From positions 1-24,352 of the forward strand of contig JAEOSI010000005.1 in the NCBI GenBank assembly GCA_016840425.1: a DNA stretch of 24,352 nt. Reading direction: 5' to 3'. Of the stretch, positions 1 to 7,224 are shown in pieces (the first letter of the stretch is position 1; each line of letters begins with the position of its first letter). The notes beneath the pieces are model-generated. The model searched no databases. It worked only from the letters and a program-made list of their open reading frames with translations, and was not told the DNA's origin. The position numbers and the translations under genes were made by a program. The stretch comes from Candidatus Wukongarchaeum yapensis (GTDB lineage Archaea > Asgardarchaeota > Wukongarchaeia > Wukongarchaeales > Wukongarchaeaceae).

Positions 1-1713
1 TGGCATAACTTTGAATTCAGCCCTTGTCTCTTTATCAAGCTCTTTTACTTTAACTTCCCTGTATGCTGGAGATATGTTGCAGGCGCCACATACTGGAATA
101 ATTCTCACGTTCCCTTCGCGTGGGATCTTATAAACGGTTTCAAACTCCTCGACTGTCGTCCCTAAAGGCGCTTCTACTTTTACCTCTTTTTTATGTAGAG
201 AGACGATTAAGTCGAACTCTTTTTCTAAGCACATTCTTTCCCAAAAGATGAGGGATGCTTTTCTTTCCAAAGCGTGGGTTAAATAACCCTCCTCAGTAAG
301 AGGAACCCTTTCGTCTTCAAGACCTTTGTCAGCTCTTGTCAGTTTGTCAAGGAACTCTTCAGCGGGAGCAGCAGCCCCTGTTTCAGGAGGAAGTGTCTCT
401 TTTTTCCTGGCTTTTTTCTCGGCCGGCTTGGGAACTTCAGGCTTGAGTTCTGTTCGAAGACGCTCTATTTCTTTTTCTTCTTTTACGAACATGTCTTCTT
501 CTTCCTCTATTCCTGCGTCTAGCCCCTCTAGTGTTTCGCCTAGCCCTTTACCGACGACCTCTGTTATTTTGAGGACTCCTTTCAGGTTTAACGCTTCTTC
601 GCCCACATAGTATTCCCTAGTGTAATGTTCTACATCGGTCATTATGGATTCGTATTTCGGATAACCTATTATTGTAGGGAACGCGCTTCTGGGTTGGTCT
701 TCGCCTGCATAACCTGCTTTTGTTAGTTCGGCTCCCATATCTATGACGATAGGTTTTCCAAGCTTTTCACCTAATTCTTCTTCGGAGGCTTCACCTATAA
801 CAAACATTCCTAGTTTTTCGCGAATTATGTCGGGTCCATGTTCTTCGTACTCTTTTTTAGTTATCCAAAGCCTGTTAGAACTTTTCCTTGAAGCTATTAT
901 GCTTGCCGCTATCCATTCAGCGTAACTCGGTGCTTCTGGCGTAATTATGTTGATTTTAGTGGTTTCTGGCAGGATAGCGCTAAGTTCTTTTTGTAGGCGT
1001 TCTTTTAAGCCTGAAAGCGAGGCTGTTCCGCCGCATAACACGATGTTCTCATAAAGTTTGTTACGTATTGATGCGTCGCAGCTTTTTACAGCGTCAACTA
1101 TTAGCTCACTAAGATTCTTTCCTTCAATACCAAGGACTGTGGGATTGAAAAGGCATTCTGGAGCCGTAAATCTTTCAGTGCGTATAGTTATCTTTTCGCC
1201 ATCAGGTAACGTGTAAGAGATCTCTATCTTTGCCTTTTCACTCTTCAATTCTTTTTCGTAGTCCAGTGCAGCGTAACAAAGTTTCTCCTTGATGTCGCGA
1301 ACAATCTCACGCTCAGTGCTGGTGTCAAGCGAATAACCGCTCTGCCGAAGCAACCTTCTCAAATAATCCGTGATATCGCTTCCTCCCACATCAAAAGTCC
1401 TTATAGCGTGGGTGATGGGGAAACCTTCCTCGACTGGCACAATCTCAGTAGACGTATAACCGATGCTCACAACGACTCCCGTTGTTTTACCAACACTAAT
1501 CAGAGGAAGAACGCCTTTGTCAAGGAGCATGACAGCTTGAGCGTTAAAGGTGTCAAAACAGATCTCAACTAGCTTTTCCCGATTAGCGGTAGGATTTAGG
1601 GTAGGATCTGTAAAAACAAGAGGATGTTCTGAAGGTTCAACCCGAAGATCGGTATATAGGATATAGTGTAGGATCTTTTCGAAGCCATCCCAATCAAGAA
1701 TCATTTCACTCAA
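1..1713 (-). CDS. Circularly permuted actin-family protein (Asgard actin-derived) fused to a C-terminal extra domain; 3'-partial, runs off the window edge
   Basis: Manual translation gives an open frame from TTG 1713 (GGGGG SD-like run at 1721-1725; upstream in-frame TAA at 1747-1749) to base 1 with no stop. It reads MSEMILDWDGFEKILHYILYTDLRVEPSEHP...GKTTG...EREIVRDIKEKLCYAALD...YTLPDG...ERFTAPECLFNP...LYENIVLCGGT...LWITKKEYEEHGPDIIR (actin ~72-375), then KPIVIDMGAELTKAGYAGEDQPRSAFPTIIGYPKYESIMTDVEHYTREYYVGEEALNLKGVLKI (actin ~5-70), then a linker and a further domain. Confidence 0.93.
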   Translation of the reverse strand, partial: MSEMILDWDGFEKILHYILYTDLRVEPSEHPLVFTDPTLNPTANREKLVEICFDTFNAQAVMLLDKGVLPLISVGKTTGVVVSIGYTSTEIVPVEEGFPITHAIRTFDVGGSDITDYLRRLLRQSGYSLDTSTEREIVRDIKEKLCYAALDYEKELKSEKAKIEISYTLPDGEKITIRTERFTAPECLFNPTVLGIEGKNLSELIVDAVKSCDASIRNKLYENIVLCGGTASLSGLKERLQKELSAILPETTKINIITPEAPSYAEWIAASIIASRKSSNRLWITKKEYEEHGPDIIREKLGMFVIGEASEEELGEKLGKPIVIDMGAELTKAGYAGEDQPRSAFPTIIGYPKYESIMTDVEHYTREYYVGEEALNLKGVLKITEVVGKGLGETLEGLDAGIEEEEDMFVKEEKEIERLRTELKPEVPKPAEKKARKKETLPPETGAAAPAEEFLDKLTRADKGLEDERVPLTEEGYLTHALERKASLIFWERMCLEKEFDLIVSLHKKEVKVEAPLGTTVEEFETVYKIPREGNVRIIPVCGACNISPAYREVKVKELDKETRAEFKVMP

Positions 1714-1873
1714 AACTTTTCCCCCTTGATCCGTACGATTATTATCTTAACGTTTTGATGTTATTTTAGGCTTTTGGGAGGGTTTATAGGCTTTACGCTC
1801 TGACTAATCAAAAATCTAAGTTTAAAAAATAGATAATAGGTTATGCTAAAAAAGGAATAGGGGATTAAGATTT

Positions 1874-2298
1874 TTGAGAGATCTTGTTGATTATCTTGTG
1901 AAGAAGACTATTGTTGAGGATATGGGTTACAAGTTTTTAGAAACCAATATTCTTCTTCAGGGTTTTAAGAGGGTTGAACCTTATATTGTGGATATACATG
2001 CCTGGAAGAAAATTTTTTTCGGCCTGTCAACAAAGCATTTAATAGCTTTTATACGGAGGGTGTTTTTACTAAAAATTTGGTGTCTCTTTTTAGATTCATG
2101 TATAGAGATTTGATTTTGGCTTATCAGGCAAGGATGATCCATTGGCTGCCTCAAAAGATAATGCTTGTAAGTTCGAAGGGTTTTGAACCTGATGTTTTTC
2201 CTTCTTCTGAGAAAAGCATTTTCCTTTTTTATAAAGTGGACCCTATTAAGGTAGAAATTGAGAGGATTTTCCCCAACGAGGAGAAAAAGGGGATATAA
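1874..2298 (+). pseudogene. Hypothetical protein split by a -1 frameshift (overlapping ORFs 1874-2113 and 2077-2298); weak PD-(D/E)xK-like pattern
   Basis: The two ORFs overlap in adjacent frames, and the second frame is open from at least 1981. Codon style is gene-like and there is a GGGG SD-like run before TTG 1874. One extra base would join them into ~141 aa. The fold guess (GY..E.N...VDIHAWK) is weak. Confidence 0.35.
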
Positions 2299-2305
2299 TT
2301 GCAAT

Positions 2306-3802
2306 TTACGCGGTTTTTGCATGATTTTTTATTTGTTTTTCGAGGGTTTCCCAGAACATGCGCATTGAAAAGTTTGTGAAATCTTTGAACATTTCTTTTT
2401 CTTTTGTGAGTGGGGAGTAGTAAGCTGCATCATGGAGATGGCGTAGAAGCGTGTATAGGTTCACGATTTTTTGGAAGTGTTTTTTCCATGGGAGATTTTC
2501 TGTTTTTAGGAGGTTTTGGTAGGTTTTGATTATTTTTTCGTTTATTTTTTCGAGGAATTTTGTGGGGCAGTTTGGGATGATGTTTTCTGTGAGTTCTAAA
2601 TGTTTTGCTATGAATTTGTTTGCGGTTATGAGGTCTGCTATATCTTTTGCTGGGTGGCCTATGTAAAACTCTTCTAGGTCTAGTATGACGAGTCTTTCTT
2701 TTTTTGTTAGGAGTATTTGGCGCCATTGGGCGTCGTTATGTATGATAGTGAAGGGTTTTATTGGGGTTTTTTCTAATAAGGTTTTGAGAGTTTTTCCTAT
2801 TTTTTCTGCTTCTTGGGTGTTTATGAGCTGGTTTTGTAAGAGGTTTTTAATGTTTTTGTCCATGTCTTTTTTAATTAGAGGCATGAGATCGTAAAGGGGA
2901 GATATTTGGAGGTTTTTTGTTATTCGATTTTTGTGTTCGTAGCCTATTTTGTGGAACTGAAAAATTACGCTTTTTACAACTTTTTCGATCAGAGTTTCTA
3001 AGTTGGATTGTTGTGGTTGTGGTTTTTCTTTTAAACATTTTTTTTGGGTGGTTTTCCAGATTATTTCTCCTAGCTCTTTGGATTCTTTTATGTTTTCCAT
3101 GAATATGGCGAGTATTTGTTCCCGACTTTCGGGTTTTCTCTGAGTTTTTATACCTCCAAATAGTTTGGGTGTGAAGCCTGTTTTTTTAAATGTTTTTAGG
3201 GCTTCGAGTTCATTGTTTCCTCGGTAAAAACGTTCTCGTGGTAGGTAGCGTTTGATTAGTAGGGCTTTATTTTCAAAGAGTGTTATTTTAGCTAAATAAA
3301 GCCTGTTAGTGGTGGGTTCGCCTTTTGGGAATAGGGGGGAAACTGAGAGGACTTTAAGTTTATCCAGAACTTTAGCCATTTCTTCGGTTAAAAACACGGA
3401 GAATTTCCTGTTTTTTTCCTTTTTTTCGACGTTTTTTAAAAGGAGGGATACGCCTTCGGTGGAAGAGAAACGGTCGATTACGAGGAGCTTTTCATGGTTA
3501 TTAAGCTTTAATTCGCCTAAGATACGTTCTTCTTTTGATGTTTCTTTTTTAATTATTATGGATTCATAAAATTCGAAGAATTCGTTATCAAAAGTTTCTA
3601 CGTATAACATGAAGTCAAAACAGTTTTTAGAAGCGTTTATAAGTTCTATTTTACAACTTGAAATTTTTTCAAGCTTAACACGCCACCTTCTGGGGTCGTA
3701 AAAAAGTTCTGCCCACCGATTAGAAACTTTGTTATAAATGGTTAGAGTGTCAAAGTGTACGTGGAAAGACAAAAGGGTTACCTGCCCAAAATAGAATTTC
3801 AT
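2306..3802 (-). CDS. Maltokinase/aminoglycoside-phosphotransferase (APH/ChoK)-like kinase
   Basis: 498 aa. EPTTN resembles the maltokinase EQSN motif; LLIKRY supplies the Lys strand; catalytic-loop-like IIHNDAQWRQIL (cf. HGDLHLGQVL); Mg-binding VILDLEE (cf. IIDFEG); then PAKDIADL. Substrate is uncertain. Confidence 0.6.
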   Translation of the reverse strand: MKFYFGQVTLLSFHVHFDTLTIYNKVSNRWAELFYDPRRWRVKLEKISSCKIELINASKNCFDFMLYVETFDNEFFEFYESIIIKKETSKEERILGELKLNNHEKLLVIDRFSSTEGVSLLLKNVEKKEKNRKFSVFLTEEMAKVLDKLKVLSVSPLFPKGEPTTNRLYLAKITLFENKALLIKRYLPRERFYRGNNELEALKTFKKTGFTPKLFGGIKTQRKPESREQILAIFMENIKESKELGEIIWKTTQKKCLKEKPQPQQSNLETLIEKVVKSVIFQFHKIGYEHKNRITKNLQISPLYDLMPLIKKDMDKNIKNLLQNQLINTQEAEKIGKTLKTLLEKTPIKPFTIIHNDAQWRQILLTKKERLVILDLEEFYIGHPAKDIADLITANKFIAKHLELTENIIPNCPTKFLEKINEKIIKTYQNLLKTENLPWKKHFQKIVNLYTLLRHLHDAAYYSPLTKEKEMFKDFTNFSMRMFWETLEKQIKNHAKTA

Positions 3803-3830
3803 AAGATTTAATGATAGTGGTCGATAGTGG

Positions 3831-5105
3831 TTAACAGTGAACTACCCCCCGCTTTTGCAGGGGGGCTTCCTGCGAGTACATCCTTATCGGGATGCCTGTT
3901 TTTCGCAGAATATCCTCGAAGGAGGATAGCCCGTCCACTGGGGCGTTTTGTGATAGAAAACGAACCATGATGTTTACGGCTGAGTTTTTGTCTCTGTCCA
4001 GTTCGTTTCCACAATAATCACATCTCATAGCCCTATCCCATATATTCATTTCGTGTTTTTTACCGCACGCACAACATGTTTTTGTTGTGTTTTCTTCGCT
4101 GATTTCTATTACTCTCTTACCTACAAGTTTAGCCTTGTAGGTTAGAAATCTGGCGAAGCGGGATAGGCATCCGTTGTTTTGAACTGCTCTATGCAAACTT
4201 TTATCTCGTTTTTTATCCTTATTTCTATTAGAGTTAGACATCTTTTTCACGTTTAGGTCTCCTATGATTATAGTGTTTGCCTTTGTGTTCTCAACAAGCT
4301 TCTTACTCAACTTGTGCTGAAAGTCTTTTATTTGGTTTGCGCATTTTCTCTGCATTTTCCTGAGTTTTCTATGGTACCGTTTCCACTTCCTGCTCCCTTT
4401 CTTGCAATGGTCTCTTTTAGGCTGAATCTCTTCGATTTTCGACTGCCAATACTTGTCCGGTCTCGGATTCTTGGTTTGTAAAAATTTTCCTTTAGTATTT
4501 ACTGCGGTTATGATGTTGGTAATCCCTAAGTCTATTGCTTGGTAAAGTCCGTTATCCAAGTAGGGTTTCTCTTTTCTCTCATAAACGATCGAGATATAGA
4601 ACTTATCACCATCTTCTTTGAAAATTGTAACCTGTTTCACCTTTTTATCCGTGAAGTCGAACTTTTCAGGGATGGTGAACCTTAAAGGGGTGGTTTTTGG
4701 ATGGTTGTGGGAGAACTCAACCCACCCCTCCTTATCGAGCTTGAACCCCGACTGGTTGTAATTCATTGTTGTAAAGTGGTTTTTCCCTTTGAATCTTGGA
4801 GGGTTCGCTTTTTTGTCCCCGTTCCTCCTCAAAGCGAGGAAGGACTTATAGTCGCCGTCCAGCCTCCTTAGAACCATCTGCAAAACTTTTGAATAGACCC
4901 AGCTGTATTCAGGATACTTCCTTTTTATCTCTGGTAGGTCGTTCTGCTGTTTAGTGTAGTTAACATTTTTCCCGTTTTTCTTCCATGCTTCTATTCTTCC
5001 CGCTAGGGCGAAGTTGTATATGAGCCGACATTTTTCGGAAAGATCCTGAAGTACTTCTTCTTGTTCCTCTGACGGGAATATCCTGGTCTTCTGGGTTAGT
5101 TGCAT
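3831..5105 (-). CDS. tnpB: RNA-guided endonuclease TnpB
   Basis: Likely start is ATG 5105 (MQLTQKTRIFPSEEQ, HTH_OrfB-like). Motifs: RuvC-I AIDLGI, FQHKLSKKLV, RuvC-II region IIIGDL, Zn finger CCACG...CDYCG, RuvC-III DRDKNSAVNI. The stop codon lies just outside the element's right end. Confidence 0.95.
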   Translation of the reverse strand: MQLTQKTRIFPSEEQEEVLQDLSEKCRLIYNFALAGRIEAWKKNGKNVNYTKQQNDLPEIKRKYPEYSWVYSKVLQMVLRRLDGDYKSFLALRRNGDKKANPPRFKGKNHFTTMNYNQSGFKLDKEGWVEFSHNHPKTTPLRFTIPEKFDFTDKKVKQVTIFKEDGDKFYISIVYERKEKPYLDNGLYQAIDLGITNIITAVNTKGKFLQTKNPRPDKYWQSKIEEIQPKRDHCKKGSRKWKRYHRKLRKMQRKCANQIKDFQHKLSKKLVENTKANTIIIGDLNVKKMSNSNRNKDKKRDKSLHRAVQNNGCLSRFARFLTYKAKLVGKRVIEISEENTTKTCCACGKKHEMNIWDRAMRCDYCGNELDRDKNSAVNIMVRFLSQNAPVDGLSSFEDILRKTGIPIRMYSQEAPLQKRGVVHC

Positions 5106-5187
5106 CTTATATTTCTTTCCCTTGGAAACCTTATAAACACCGCGATTCATCCCCTCCCTGTTGGAAGGAGACTTCTCGCCAAATAAG
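3837..5187 (-). mobile_element. IS200/IS605-family solo-tnpB element (IS1341-type, no tnpA)
   Basis: On the minus strand the left end CTTATTTGGCGAGAAGTCTCCTTCCAACAGGGAGGGGATGAATCGCG (hairpin) follows a TTTAA target motif (+ strand TTAAA, 5188-5192). The right end is GGAAGCCCCCCTGCAAAAGCGGGGGGTAGTTCAC (hairpin plus TCAC, ending at 3837). No tnpA lies between the ends. Confidence 0.8.
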
Positions 5188-5263
5188 TTAAAGTTAAATA
5201 GCCTATATTTTTAAAATTAATAAATTATAAATAAGTGTACATAGACTATATTAGCTTATTAGT

Positions 5264-6199
5264 TTGATTAAAGCATCAGGGTTTGAAAAAAGGGTGAAGG
5301 AAACTAAAACGATTGTTTATGCTGCCCTTATAGGAAATGCTTCGATAGCTGTTATGAAGGGTATTGCTGCCTCTATCACCGGCAGTAGCGCTATGTTAGC
5401 GGAAACTTATCACAGCATAAGCGATACAATGAATCAAATTTTTCTACTGATTGGCTTGAGGATGGCTTCTAAAAAGCCTGATGAGCAGCATCCCTTCGGT
5501 TATGGTAAATCTCAATTTTTCTGGAGTTTTGTCGTAGCTATTCTCCTTTTTGGTGTGGCTGGAGTGCTTTCGGTTATTGAAGGAATTTATAAGATTCAGA
5601 ATCCTGAACCTCTTGAAGATGTTTTTGTTAGTTATGCTGTTTTGGCTTTTGCTTTCGTTTTTGCCGGCGCAACGCTAATGATAGCTGTCAGGGAGATAAG
5701 GCGTCGGACTATTGAGGGGGGTTATAGGAATATGATTGAAGCCATGAGGGAGATAAAAGACCCTACTGCAGCAACCGTAGTCGTAGAAGATTCAATAGAA
5801 GTTTGTAGCTTAACCTTGGCAGCTGTAGCTATATATGTAACTCAGAAAACTGGTAACGCTAAATGGGACGGGTTGGCATCGTTGATGATAGGTATAATTT
5901 TGATGATTATGGCTATTTTTTTAGCGAAGGAGAATATGGATTTGCTTATAGGCGAAGCTGTAAGACTTAGGGATAAAAAGGTTGTTGTTAGGGCGATCCT
6001 TGGACTTGAGGAAGTTGAAAAAGTTTTAGATTTTAGAACCATGTATTTATCGCCGAAAGAGGTTCTTGTAACGTGTGATGTGAATTTTAAAGATGGTTTA
6101 ACGACATGCGACTTAGAAGTAGCTATCGACAAAATAGAGAGAATAATTAAGCAGAAACTTCCAATCGCTAAAAGGATCTATATTGAGGCGGAAGAGTAA
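5264..6199 (+). CDS. Cation diffusion facilitator (CDF) family transporter, copy 1
   Basis: SSAMLAETYHSISD (HxxxD), KKPDEQHPFGYGK, VEDS, WDGLASLMIG and a C-terminal dimerisation domain ending RIYIEAE. The true start may be the in-frame GTG at 5294, by comparison with copy 2. Confidence 0.93.
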   Translation: MIKASGFEKRVKETKTIVYAALIGNASIAVMKGIAASITGSSAMLAETYHSISDTMNQIFLLIGLRMASKKPDEQHPFGYGKSQFFWSFVVAILLFGVAGVLSVIEGIYKIQNPEPLEDVFVSYAVLAFAFVFAGATLMIAVREIRRRTIEGGYRNMIEAMREIKDPTAATVVVEDSIEVCSLTLAAVAIYVTQKTGNAKWDGLASLMIGIILMIMAIFLAKENMDLLIGEAVRLRDKKVVVRAILGLEEVEKVLDFRTMYLSPKEVLVTCDVNFKDGLTTCDLEVAIDKIERIIKQKLPIAKRIYIEAEE

Positions 6200-6318
6200 A
6201 AAAGGAAGAGGATTGTTGTTTATTAATATATTTTCTTAAAAACCTTGGATATGTTTAAATTTAGAAATCAATAGGTATACTGGTTTGATTAAAGGATTAG
6301 GGATTGTAAAAGGGTTCT

Positions 6319-7224
6319 TTGATGAGGACTAAAACTCTCGTTTATGTTGCGCTGATAGGAAACATTTCGATAGCTATAATGAAGGGTATTGCCGCCTCTA
6401 TCACCGGCAGTAGCGCTATGTTAGCGGAAACTTATCACAGCATAAGCGATACAATGAATCAGATTTTATTACTGATTGGCTTGAGGATGGCTTCTAAAAA
6501 GCCTGATGAGCAACATCCTTACGGTTATGGTAAAGCTCAGTTTTTCTGGAGTTTTGTTGTGGCTGCTCTCCTTTTTGGTATGGCTGGAGGGCTTTCTATA
6601 ATTGAGGGATATGATAAGATTCAGAATCCTGAACCCCTCGAACATGTTTTTGTTAATTATGTTGTTTTAGGGTTTGCTTTTCTTTTTGATGGCACATCGC
6701 TTACAATAGGGGTTAGAGAGATGAGACTACGGACCCGCGAGGGCGGTTATAATAATATGATTGAAGCCATGAGGGAGATAAAAGACCCTACTGCGGCAAC
6801 CGTAGTCGTAGAAGATTCGGTAGCAGTTTGTAGCTTAACCTTGGCAACTGTAGCCATATATATAACTCAGAAAACTGGTAACGCTAAATGGGACGGATTA
6901 GCATCCTTGATGATAGGTATAATTTTGATAATCATGGCAGTTATTTTGGCTAAGGAGAATATGGATTTGCTTATAGGCGAAGCTGTAACAACAAAAAAGA
7001 AAAGGAAGATTGTTAGGGCGATCCTTGGACTTGAAGAAGTTGAAAAAATTTTAGATTTTAGAACCATGTATTTATCGCCGAAAGAGGTTCTTGTAACGTG
7101 TGATGTGAATTTTAAGGATGGCTTAATAACGGATGAGTTAGAAGATGTTATCGACAAAATAGAGAGAATAATTAAGCAAGAACTTCCAATAGCTAAAAGG
7201 ATCTACATTGAAGTAGAAGGGTAG
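6319..7224 (+). CDS. Cation diffusion facilitator (CDF) family transporter, copy 2 (tandem paralog)
   Basis: Same motifs as copy 1 (HSISD, HPYGYGK, VEDS, WDGLAS), with long identical DNA stretches shared between the copies. Confidence 0.93.
   Translation: MMRTKTLVYVALIGNISIAIMKGIAASITGSSAMLAETYHSISDTMNQILLLIGLRMASKKPDEQHPYGYGKAQFFWSFVVAALLFGMAGGLSIIEGYDKIQNPEPLEHVFVNYVVLGFAFLFDGTSLTIGVREMRLRTREGGYNNMIEAMREIKDPTAATVVVEDSVAVCSLTLATVAIYITQKTGNAKWDGLASLMIGIILIIMAVILAKENMDLLIGEAVTTKKKRKIVRAILGLEEVEKILDFRTMYLSPKEVLVTCDVNFKDGLITDELEDVIDKIERIIKQELPIAKRIYIEVEG

Noticed and set aside
61-100. CGAC as a Sec23/Sec24-type zinc finger
   Set aside because: Only one CxxC pair is visible in the window and the surrounding pattern does not match convincingly.
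326-925. Plus-strand ORFs 326-610 and 743-925 in the track
   Set aside because: Ser-rich antisense shadows of the real minus-strand actin-permutant ORF.
544-1713. Reading the actin ORF as a simple 5'-truncated actin pseudogene or as two full tandem actins
   Set aside because: The frame is uninterrupted, the missing N-terminal part is present downstream, and the second segment stops at residue ~74 where the first begins. Each part occurs once.
1981-3569. ORFs 1981-2322, 2430-2726, 2685-2894, 2917-3102 and 3309-3569
   Set aside because: They overlap longer, better-supported genes in other frames or strands and have biased shadow-ORF composition.
3808-4014. 68-aa minus-strand ORF at the tnpB 3' end
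   Set aside because: Alternative frame over the omegaRNA/right-end region, with no start context or recognisable family.
5842-7157. Two near-identical 96-aa antisense ORFs (5842-6132 and 6867-7157)
   Set aside because: Their similarity simply mirrors the CDF duplication; they are antisense shadows.
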